This document shows positions 1 through 7,392 of a DNA stretch of 17,230 nucleotides, piece after piece (the first letter of the stretch is position 1; each line of letters begins with the position of its first letter). Under the pieces are notes generated by a model. The model did no database searches. It saw only the letters and a list, made by a program, of their open reading frames with translations, and was not told where the DNA came from. Source of the DNA: an uncultured Bacilli bacterium (GTDB lineage: Bacteria > Bacillota_I > Bacilli_A > RF39 > UBA660); the NCBI GenBank assembly GCA_949065595.1, contig CARSXK010000007.1, positions 16,539-33,768 of the forward strand. The letters run 5' to 3'. A program made the position numbers and the translations under genes.

Positions 1-369
1 CAATATTTTAAAAAAATATAACAAATGTATGATAATTGATTTTCATAGTTTTTCGGATGAAATGGTAAAAACATTATTTCATATTGATAATACTCCTGAT
101 ATTTGTATTGGAACAGATGAATATTATACCAACCAGAAACTAATTCATTTTACAATAGAACATTTTAAAAAATATGGTTTTACAGTTGAAATAAATAACC
201 CCTATATAGGGACAATCATTCCAAATAAATATTTCAAAAAAAAGAAGACCGACTATCTTCTATTATGCTAGAAATCAACAAAAGAATATACTTAAATGAT
301 AAAAATAGTTTTTATAAACTGAAAAAGTGCATCGATGAATACTATAATGAGCTTTTAAAAAAACAATAA
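1..369 (+). pseudogene. N-formylglutamate amidohydrolase-family gene; 5' end is off-window and the reading frame is broken at an A8 run
   Basis: Frame 2 is open from nt 2 (NILKKYNKCMIIDFHSFSDE...NNPYIGTIIPNKYF) and stops at 269-271. A family-like C-terminus, DRLSSIMLEINKRIYLNDKN...ELLKKQ*, continues in frame 1 from 247 to the stop at 367-369. The frame switch coincides with A8 at 236-243. A terminator hairpin follows the second stop. Confidence 0.55.
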
Positions 370-384
370 GCTAATGCCAATTCC

Positions 385-409
385 AAATGGATTCTTATAT
401 CCATTTTTT
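385..409 (+). terminator. Rho-independent terminator after the amidohydrolase-like gene
   Basis: AAATGGAT (385-392), loop TCTTAT, ATCCATTT (399-406), followed by a T-run. Confidence 0.6.
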
Positions 410-440
410 CTACTAGCTTTGAATATTTTATAACAAACAA

Positions 441-1298
441 TCAAAACGATTGCTTTATCATAAAAACACCAATGATAATTAAAATACCTGCAATAATCTT
501 TCTGAATATATTTTTTCGATTTTTCAAAAAAAGAAAAGCAAATAAAACATTTAAAATTACAGTAAGACTACACAATGGTGCAATTTTGGTAACTTCACCT
601 AATTGATAAGTTCTCAATTTTGTAATCATCATAAAAGACCAACTAATACCAGTTAACCAAATAAATTTTTTAGAATGATGATTCCACTCCCCTATTACCT
701 GTTTGATTTTTAATCTTTCTACAAGAAAAACTAAAATAGCTGGAATGATTAAAGTAATGGAAACATAAAAAGGTAAAGAAAACGAATTAGAAGTATTCAC
801 ATCTAAAAAAAGGGCCATTCCCATACATAAATTAGCAATAATTCCCAACCAAAGATAACGATTATTTCTCCATGACCCTTTCTGATAAAAGATTAAGATA
901 TTGCTTCCTATCAAAAGAATGGAACCTATTATTTTTGGATATGTGATTTCCTCTTTTAAAAATAGAAATCCTAAAACCATAACAAATACAATGGAAATTT
1001 GTTTTACAATGCTATAAGTAGAGGCATCCATTCCGCTTCTTGCACTCGTTGCAAGTCTATTTTGAATCGTATAAAAAACAATCGCCAAACTCAAAAAAAG
1101 ATATACTTTCCAATCAGTTGGAAATTTTATTTCAAAAAAAGGAATCCATAATAAACTAAAAATACCAGCAATCAATTCTACTAAAACAGTTAAAGATCCT
1201 GCATGTTTCATATTCTGTGACACAACTCTATAACTTTCATTAAAAATAACCGTCATAATCAAATAAGCAATTAAAAAGAAATAAACATTTTCTAACAT
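441..1298 (-). CDS. EamA/DMT-superfamily membrane transporter
   Basis: 285-aa ORF that is hydrophobic throughout, with about 10 predicted TM segments arranged as two similar halves, typical of EamA-domain permeases. GAAGG lies upstream of the ATG. Confidence 0.7.
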   Translation of the reverse strand: MLENVYFFLIAYLIMTVIFNESYRVVSQNMKHAGSLTVLVELIAGIFSLLWIPFFEIKFPTDWKVYLFLSLAIVFYTIQNRLATSARSGMDASTYSIVKQISIVFVMVLGFLFLKEEITYPKIIGSILLIGSNILIFYQKGSWRNNRYLWLGIIANLCMGMALFLDVNTSNSFSLPFYVSITLIIPAILVFLVERLKIKQVIGEWNHHSKKFIWLTGISWSFMMITKLRTYQLGEVTKIAPLCSLTVILNVLFAFLFLKNRKNIFRKIIAGILIIIGVFMIKQSF

Positions 1299-1573
1299 AT
1301 ACTACCTTCTTTCTAAAATAGTATATGTATTTCTGTGTTTTATGCTTATTTAAAAAACTTCAAAATTTAAAGGATATATTATCATTATTCTTCATAAATG
1401 ATCTTTAAAATGAAATAACGTCAACATAGAATCATAGTTTTTAAGATTTCTACCAACATAATTCACTTGAATCTATTTACCATTCGCTCTTCTTTATATC
1501 TTCTTTCCATATAACTTTAACAACCTTACATTCATAGTATAAAGGATATTCATTCAAAAGATAACGAATCAAT

Positions 1574-2449
1574 TTATTGCCTTCTTTTTATTACATCATT
1601 TTCGTTTAAATCGCCAATCAACAAACTACTATTAGAATGATGTTGACTAAAATTAGACATAACTAATTTTTCATCATAATTAGCGTAACAATACTTACAA
1701 AAATGCCTACATGAATTATAAACACCAATATCAACCATTTCCACACATCCACATTTTCTGGCCTTCCAATTGGGGTACTTTTTTCCTGTCAATTGATAAG
1801 CAAGTGAATGAGAAAAACATTCCCCCTTCACAAAATCATATTCCGTCAAATCCTTTTTCTCAAAACATGTCTGCACGGTCATTCCATTCCTTTTAGCACT
1901 TTCACTAAATGAAATTCCAATTTTCTGGTAATCTTCTTCTGACAATTTTCTAACATTTAAAACAGATTTATTTTTTCTCACATTTTGATAATCATCTAAA
2001 AAGGAAACAATCACCGTTTTCACAAAACCATTTAATAAAGAGCACATATGATCAAAAGCCTTTTTATGATACGCAATCGTATATTTATCATTAAAAAAAA
2101 TAGGGTCATAACGAATGAATAAATGATCAATGCCAACCATAGAAGATAACTGTTTGATTGCTTCAATGATTTTTCCCTTTGGGGGAACATTGGGTTCAAT
2201 CTCTTTTAAATAAGGTGTTAATGTTACATGAAAAAGAATGGGTTTATCAATTGCTTTTAAATATTTTAAAATGGGAATGGGATTTTTGGTACAAAATAAA
2301 ATCGCATCCACATCCTCAAAATAAATACGACTAATTTGTTTGGGATAAAAAGGATTTCTAACGTCTACAAATCCTTCATAGTATCGTTTCAAAAACCAAT
2401 CAGAATAAAATGCCACAATATCTGTTCTACCACTCACATTTAAAATCAT
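1574..2449 (-). CDS. DUF1848 domain-containing protein
   Basis: Starts MILNVSGRTDIVAFYSDWFLKRY...VRNPFYP and ends with C-terminal CGCVEMVDIGVYNSCRHFCKYCYANY, which matches the DUF1848 signature. I prefer the ATG at 2449 (AAGGAG 9 nt upstream) to the ORF-track start at 2458. Confidence 0.8.
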   Translation of the reverse strand: MILNVSGRTDIVAFYSDWFLKRYYEGFVDVRNPFYPKQISRIYFEDVDAILFCTKNPIPILKYLKAIDKPILFHVTLTPYLKEIEPNVPPKGKIIEAIKQLSSMVGIDHLFIRYDPIFFNDKYTIAYHKKAFDHMCSLLNGFVKTVIVSFLDDYQNVRKNKSVLNVRKLSEEDYQKIGISFSESAKRNGMTVQTCFEKKDLTEYDFVKGECFSHSLAYQLTGKKYPNWKARKCGCVEMVDIGVYNSCRHFCKYCYANYDEKLVMSNFSQHHSNSSLLIGDLNENDVIKRRQ

Positions 2450-2475
2450 ATCGCACACTCCTTATTATATTAGAA

Positions 2476-2498
2476 AAACAGATTTGGAAAATCTGTTT
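2476..2498 (-). terminator. Hairpin terminator overlapping the TfoX-like stop codon
   Basis: AAACAGATTT (2476-2485) pairs with AAATCTGTTT (2489-2498). On the minus strand it is followed by TTTTTCT. The U-tail is weak and the next gene's RBS follows at once, so termination may be only partial. Confidence 0.4.
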
Positions 2499-2803
2499 TA
2501 TTTTTTCTTTGGTTTCAATTCCTTACAAGTATCTACAATTATATTTTTTAATCGTTCAGAGTCTTCTAAATCTTCTAGCCAATACATCAGCTTCGCACCT
2601 TTATAAGGAAGCGCCTCTTTTAAATTGTATTTTTCATTGCTGCTTGTTTCTTTGATTAAAAAACGATCCTCTTCATAAATTCCACCAAAATAGATATTCT
2701 GATAATAAAATAGATAACCACCCATCATAGGACGATGTGTAATAGAATCCAAACATTCTAATTTTTCTAATATATAGTCTTTATATTCTTTTGTAGTTGC
2801 CAT
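2498..2803 (-). CDS. TfoX N-terminal domain family protein
   Basis: 101 aa. RPMMGGYLFYYQNIYFGGIYEEDRFLIKE...YWLEDLEDSERL resembles the TfoX_N pattern (MFGGyglY...lylK). AAGGAGA lies 5 nt upstream of the ATG. Confidence 0.65.
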   Translation of the reverse strand: MATTKEYKDYILEKLECLDSITHRPMMGGYLFYYQNIYFGGIYEEDRFLIKETSSNEKYNLKEALPYKGAKLMYWLEDLEDSERLKNIIVDTCKELKPKKK

Positions 2804-2812
2804 GGATTCTCC

Positions 2813-3361
2813 TTATTTTGCAGAAAAAATGCTATTGATAGATGGGAATCTTTTTAAGACTTCATCTATGTTTGTTTCAATTTGGTTCATCATTGTTTCA
2901 TTGTAATTTGATTTTCTTGTAAATGATATTTCATAAGGTTTAAATGTGATGGTAAATGCATTTTCATGTTCTGATCCTACATCTTCTCTGTCTCGTTTAA
3001 AATTCAAATTCATTTTAATCTCTAAACTACTCATTTCATTTAAACCTTTTTCCTCTATTGTTTCTTCAAATTCCTGTAAATTATGACAAGTAGTACTACT
3101 ATACATTTTTCCTCTCAATGTGATTTCAAAAAATGTACTTCCCTTTTTAAAACTATAGTTATATTCTCCATGTTGTCCTTTATTTTTTTCTACTTCTTCT
3201 GTAAGCGCAATAAATTTATTGTACTCATCGCAACAATATTGTACTAAATATTGAATACATTCTCCTGTTGGCACAATTGTTGAATAATAATGTTGATTCT
3301 CAATTCCAAATGGTGTATTTTCATCCATATAGTTGTTCACTTTTCCACTCCTTCTTTCCAT
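2813..3361 (-). CDS. Hypothetical protein (no recognisable motif)
   Basis: 182-aa ORF with coding-like composition on the same strand as its neighbours. The start is uncertain: ATG at 3361, or GTG at 3340, which is preceded by AAGGAG. Confidence 0.55.
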   Translation of the reverse strand: MERRSGKVNNYMDENTPFGIENQHYYSTIVPTGECIQYLVQYCCDEYNKFIALTEEVEKNKGQHGEYNYSFKKGSTFFEITLRGKMYSSTTCHNLQEFEETIEEKGLNEMSSLEIKMNLNFKRDREDVGSEHENAFTITFKPYEISFTRKSNYNETMMNQIETNIDEVLKRFPSINSIFSAK

Positions 3362-3495
3362 TATTCAACCTCTTTATATTCTTTTTCACTGACCAATTAT
3401 ATCACAATTCAATATCAATCAGTTTCATATTTCCATTATAACATAAATTTGTTTCATATAGAAATAATTTTCTATATAAAATCATTCCATTCCGA

Positions 3496-3524
3496 TTAAA
3501 AGGCAGATATTATTTCAATCTGCC
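3496..3524 (-). terminator. Rho-independent terminator ending the DGR-target operon
   Basis: On the minus strand, GGCAGAT, a 9-nt loop and ATCTGCC (3524-3502) are followed by TTTTAAT. The hairpin overlaps the last codons and stop of the VWA gene. Confidence 0.6.
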
Positions 3525-4829
3525 CTTTGTAGATGGTACTTGTATAGAAAATAATCTTTCTAATTGCGATTCTGTTATTAAGATAACCTTTCCACAACAA
3601 GGATGAAAATTTGGATTTCCATAAACTAACCAAATAATATTTTCATTTTTCAAATCTTCTTTTGGCATATTACCAGGTCCAGGAATTCCATCTGTAAACA
3701 CAATTTTATTGATTTCTTTTTTTCTTGTAAAGGAACGAACGGCTAAATCCCAATCTTCTGTCTGTGCAGAACGTCCACGAGCTCCCGCAGGAATTTCAAA
3801 ATGATCAATGTCTGAATTCGCTTTCACTTCTACCATTCCCCAAAACTTTTCATTAAAACATCCTACTTTTAGTTTTGAGTGTTTCAATAAAGGTTTTAAC
3901 ATTCTTAAAAATGCTTTTACTAAATCTAAATCTACAGATCCTGACACATCAATTAATACTTCTGTTTCTGCTTCATCTTCTATATCATTTTCTTCTAATC
4001 GATAAGCGTAGTTATTTTCCGCAATTGAACGTCTTTGGCTCCAAATGGTCTCTGTTTTTTCTACCTCTTTTCGAACCAAAATTCTCCAATCTATTTCATG
4101 TTTACTTTGGCCAACTTCTCCCAAAGAAATTTTTTCTGATAAATTATCACCTATATTTTTAAGTACCTGCTCTTTGGCATGTTCTAAGTTTTCTTTTGCT
4201 TTTTGAATTCGTTCTTTTCTATTTTCCGAAAATTCTACACTTTCATCTATTTCTTCATATGAAAAATCGTTGGAATCAAATGAATCTTGTTGTTTTTCAA
4301 ATGCTTCTTCCCATAGACTATGATCATCACCTAAATGCTTTCCGTCTGTCTGTTCTCCTTTTTGATTATCATCTTTCTGTGATGTAGATTCTTGCGTATT
4401 CTTTTGTTGTTCCTTTTCCTTTAGTAAAATTTCATAAAATTCATTGGCAGAATAATGTAAAGCCTCTGGCCGATTGACATAACCTTCTTTTATATGAAAA
4501 CCATCACGCTTTAAATTAGCGTTTATAATCGCATCGGTTGCCTCATTCCATACATCCAAGTCTTTCTTCTCACCGTTTTTATCATTTAATCGAAAAACAT
4601 GGGCAAATTTAATATGCAAAAATTCATGTGCAACTAGAAAAATTCTGTCTTCCTCATTTAAGCTTGCAAAATACTCTGGATCCAAGTAGATTTCTTTTCC
4701 ATCTGTTGCAGCAGTATGATATTTTAAGTCAGATTTATAAGATATATGAGTTTGAGCAATCTCACTTCCAAGACGGGAATAACGGATTAATAGAAGTCTT
4801 TTGATATCAGATATTAAATGTTCATTCAT
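3510..4829 (-). CDS. VWA-like domain protein with an N-terminal putative Zn-metallopeptidase domain (DUF2201_N plus DUF2201/VWA architecture)
   Basis: The N-terminal part reads AATDGKEIYLDPEYF...VAHEFLHIKFAHVFR...WNEATDAIINANL (HExxH). The C-terminal part reads VLIDVSGSVDLDLVKAFL...GARGRS...IVFTDG (MIDAS-like DxSGS). I prefer the ATG at 4829, with AGGAG 8 nt upstream, to the TTG-type start at 4859. Confidence 0.8.
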   Translation of the reverse strand: MNEHLISDIKRLLLIRYSRLGSEIAQTHISYKSDLKYHTAATDGKEIYLDPEYFASLNEEDRIFLVAHEFLHIKFAHVFRLNDKNGEKKDLDVWNEATDAIINANLKRDGFHIKEGYVNRPEALHYSANEFYEILLKEKEQQKNTQESTSQKDDNQKGEQTDGKHLGDDHSLWEEAFEKQQDSFDSNDFSYEEIDESVEFSENRKERIQKAKENLEHAKEQVLKNIGDNLSEKISLGEVGQSKHEIDWRILVRKEVEKTETIWSQRRSIAENNYAYRLEENDIEDEAETEVLIDVSGSVDLDLVKAFLRMLKPLLKHSKLKVGCFNEKFWGMVEVKANSDIDHFEIPAGARGRSAQTEDWDLAVRSFTRKKEINKIVFTDGIPGPGNMPKEDLKNENIIWLVYGNPNFHPCCGKVILITESQLERLFSIQVPSTKGRLK

Positions 4830-4840
4830 ATGATAAACTC

Positions 4841-5224
4841 CTAAAATGCAACAACACAAAAGCGGTAAAGATCACTTACAATTTTTTGTACCGATGCTCT
4901 ATCTTTAACAGTAAATACAATAATTACATTAGAAGGTAGAAAATAACCACCCATTTCCCTATCTTTTACAAGTCCAACATAACGTTTCTGCAATTCTTCT
5001 GAAATTACATCAATTCCTCTAATCACAAAATATGTAATTTTTCCATTTTGAGCTAACAAATTCATTTTTTCTTTAAAAATAGGTTCAGAATAACAAAATA
5101 AATATGCACTGTCCATTCCAGCATCCATCACTAGTGTTTGTCCTAAATTTCTATACGCCTCATCTAAAATGACACAACAAGTTGCTTTACATCCTCTTTG
5201 TAACTCTATTAACGCCTTATTCAT
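4841..5224 (-). CDS. Hypothetical 127-aa protein, translationally coupled between the ATPase and VWA genes
   Basis: Its ATG overlaps the upstream TGA (ATGA at 5221-5224). Its stop at 4841-4843 overlaps the RBS of the VWA gene. No recognisable motif. Confidence 0.65.
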   Translation of the reverse strand: MNKALIELQRGCKATCCVILDEAYRNLGQTLVMDAGMDSAYLFCYSEPIFKEKMNLLAQNGKITYFVIRGIDVISEELQKRYVGLVKDREMGGYFLPSNVIIVFTVKDRASVQKIVSDLYRFCVVAF

Positions 5225-7134
5225 CTTCTCTTTCCAACTCCTTCACTTTGTGTAGTATGATAAGCCATAGCTAGTTCCTTCAATTCATTAATCTTTACCA
5301 TTTTATTTTCATCTGTACCAATCCAAAGCAAGTCATAAAGTTCCCGGTATTCTGGATCACAATATTGATTGATGAAAGTTCTACAGATTCCAACTTGGTT
5401 CTCATCAGCTAAAAGTAAAGAGATCATGCATGCGAATCGTTCATTGATATTTCTTGGTAAATCCGCCTGTGTATAAGTTTCCTTCACCACTTCTTCTACT
5501 GTAAGTGTAGGAATATTATAAAAGTTTAAAAATTCAGCTGCCCACCCCTCTCGGAGTTTTGTACCAATCGATATTTGCAATAAATTTTCTACGTTTTTTC
5601 CAATCAATTTTCCCGCGATTAAATCCTTTTCAAATGCATATAGTGTGTTGGAAATGGAAACCCAACCACGTGGATCATTGGTTCTACCATGACAATCATA
5701 TCGATCCAAATGTTTCTCACCAACTTCAGGTTCTTCATAGAAATAATCCATATTACAAATTTTTTCACTTCTACCTTTTTCTATATATTTTGAAGCAATA
5801 TACCCGATAACAGCAGGATGTACTTGGTTTGGAATTGCATATTCATAAATCCATTCTCCTACATGTGGTTCCATATCAAAAATATGATCAAATCTTTTTT
5901 CAAGCGGTTCTGCTACATCCTCTGCAACATTCGAATATTTCTTTTGGTTACCAGTGGCAACAATCACAGTATTCGCTGGCAATTTTAATCCCTTACCTGT
6001 TTCTACCAATCTATTTAATACCAAGGTATAAACCAAACATTGAACGGCAGGTTTTACATTCAATAATTCATCCAATAAAATGACAATTTTTTTAGTACTT
6101 GTCTTGGATCTTTCATAAATCGTATCCGCTATTTCATAAAGATTCTGTATATTGTCTTGTACCATTTTTCTTTCTGCATCAGTGGCACAAGACAAAAGTG
6201 CCTGTTTCGCAAAATCAGGAGGAATATTTTGACCTGTTTGGAAGTTCATAGATCCTACTACTTTTTCAGGAAGCATATTATTGGTTAACTTAATATAAAT
6301 TAAATCTGGATAAAGTGTTTTAATACGTTCTGTTTTTCCAATTCCAGAAGGTCCTCTTAAAAGAACAGATTGTCCAGCTTCAATCCAATTATGGATGATT
6401 TCAGTATCCGTCATGTTACGCCTTTCTGATGGAACGGTCGTATCAGGATTCAGTTTTTGCAATCTAGTTTCTCGCTTCAATCCTGATGTATTTATATTTA
6501 TGTTTTCAGATGACTTCGATAATCTTTGTATGGCTTCAAGTGCTTTTGCAAAACAGTTATCCAAATATTTTTTGATATCCGTTTGTTCAAAATTTCCTGT
6601 ATAATTACTGACATGATTGAATTGTACACCTGCAAACAATATTTTTTTTGCCACTACTTCATGCTTTTGTTCATCCACCAACCATTTGATTGGTTCAACT
6701 GCTATCCAATAAGGTTTATTTATTTGTACTTTGCTGCCATCTGATAAGGTTTCTCCCTTTGCATTTTTGTCACCCAAAAAGCGAATATATTTCTTACCCC
6801 TATATTCGTACGCAATATGATTTCGTTTTTGAAATTCTATATCATAATCACTGATATCAACAGAATCAGTTGGAAACTCGATATCTGTTTCCTTTAGTGT
6901 TTTTCTTTGATATTCCGTTTCTAATTGTGTTGCAATCGCACTTTCTACCACAGTTTGTGGCCATTCAAAGCACTCAACTTCAAAAACTCCACTAGCCCCT
7001 CTCACTTCGTTCGAGGAGATAGAAGAGATGGATGAGTATGGTAAAGCTGGACGCGCCCCAACATTGCGCGTTACTAACAGTGTTTTAGTAACTATTACCG
7101 TAACTGTCAACGACGCGCGCGTCATTATCCCCAT
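5221..7134 (-). CDS. AAA_5/MoxR-like ATPase; main body of the DGR target protein. The annotated first ~27 codons are an out-of-frame read of the VR.
   Basis: Walker A LLRGPSGIGKT (nt 6331-6354). Walker B VILLDELLNVKPAVQCLVYTLVLNR. Sensor-1-like TVIVATGNQ. Upstream of the ATPase lies NVGARPAL...FEWPQTVV...PIKWLVDEQ...IKKYLDNCF (a binding-module remnant). The ORF ends in TGA, which overlaps the next ATG. Confidence 0.8.
   Translation of the reverse strand: MGIMTRASLTVTVIVTKTLLVTRNVGARPALPYSSISSISSNEVRGASGVFEVECFEWPQTVVESAIATQLETEYQRKTLKETDIEFPTDSVDISDYDIEFQKRNHIAYEYRGKKYIRFLGDKNAKGETLSDGSKVQINKPYWIAVEPIKWLVDEQKHEVVAKKILFAGVQFNHVSNYTGNFEQTDIKKYLDNCFAKALEAIQRLSKSSENININTSGLKRETRLQKLNPDTTVPSERRNMTDTEIIHNWIEAGQSVLLRGPSGIGKTERIKTLYPDLIYIKLTNNMLPEKVVGSMNFQTGQNIPPDFAKQALLSCATDAERKMVQDNIQNLYEIADTIYERSKTSTKKIVILLDELLNVKPAVQCLVYTLVLNRLVETGKGLKLPANTVIVATGNQKKYSNVAEDVAEPLEKRFDHIFDMEPHVGEWIYEYAIPNQVHPAVIGYIASKYIEKGRSEKICNMDYFYEEPEVGEKHLDRYDCHGRTNDPRGWVSISNTLYAFEKDLIAGKLIGKNVENLLQISIGTKLREGWAAEFLNFYNIPTLTVEEVVKETYTQADLPRNINERFACMISLLLADENQVGICRTFINQYCDPEYRELYDLLWIGTDENKMVKINELKELAMAYHTTQSEGVGKRR
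7047..7121 (-). repeat. DGR variable repeat (VR)
   Basis: Aligns with 8640-8713. There are 9 substitutions (VR 7070, 7073, 7076, 7080, 7090, 7102, 7103, 7104, 7108), and every one lies where the TR has A on the minus (coding) strand. All C, G and T positions are identical. The VR has one extra nucleotide at about 7069. Confidence 0.88.
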
Positions 7135-7330
7135 CTGAAGTTCTAGTCCACCACAAACCAGTACGGTCTTTTAATGTCCTTCCTTCACTTGTATATATAT
7201 CATTTGCTACATAACCGCCTAATAAAATAGCAAAATCTGTAATAGCACATTTTGTTCCATATTGTTTAAAGATATCTAATTGTTTATCCCCAAATATTTC
7301 ATTTTGTTCTAAAAATGTAAAATCAAGCAT
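7085..7330 (-). CDS. N-terminal fragment of the DGR target (binding-module half carrying the 5' part of the VR), ended by a TR-templated TAA
   Basis: 81 aa. RBS GGTGGTGA lies 7 nt before the ATG. FTFLEQNEIF...KCAITDFAILLGGYV...GLWWTRTSDGDNDARVVDSYGNSY*. TR codons in this frame are rich in AAC and AAT (AAC AAA AAC GGT AAT AGT AAC TAA AAC AAT), as expected for the true VR reading frame. Confidence 0.7.
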   Translation of the reverse strand: MLDFTFLEQNEIFGDKQLDIFKQYGTKCAITDFAILLGGYVANDIYTSEGRTLKDRTGLWWTRTSDGDNDARVVDSYGNSY

Positions 7331-7392
7331 AGTTAATCACCACCTATATCATAACATAATTTTGCTAATTGTAGACATTTTTTTACAATTTT

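Noticed and set aside
7085-7087. The in-frame TAA explained by an alternative genetic code
   Set aside because: TAA closes ordinary genes in this window (the amidohydrolase-like gene, the TfoX-like gene and the VWA gene). TGA closes the 637-aa ATPase ORF and TAG closes the 127-aa ORF. The window therefore reads consistently with code 11.
7054-7134. MGIMTRASLTVTVIVTKTLLVTR as the genuine N-terminus of the 637-aa ATPase ORF
   Set aside because: It is the VR read in the +1 frame. No usable RBS precedes ATG 7134 or 7125. The family-like motif NVGARPAL becomes continuous with the 81-aa ORF once the single extra base is removed.
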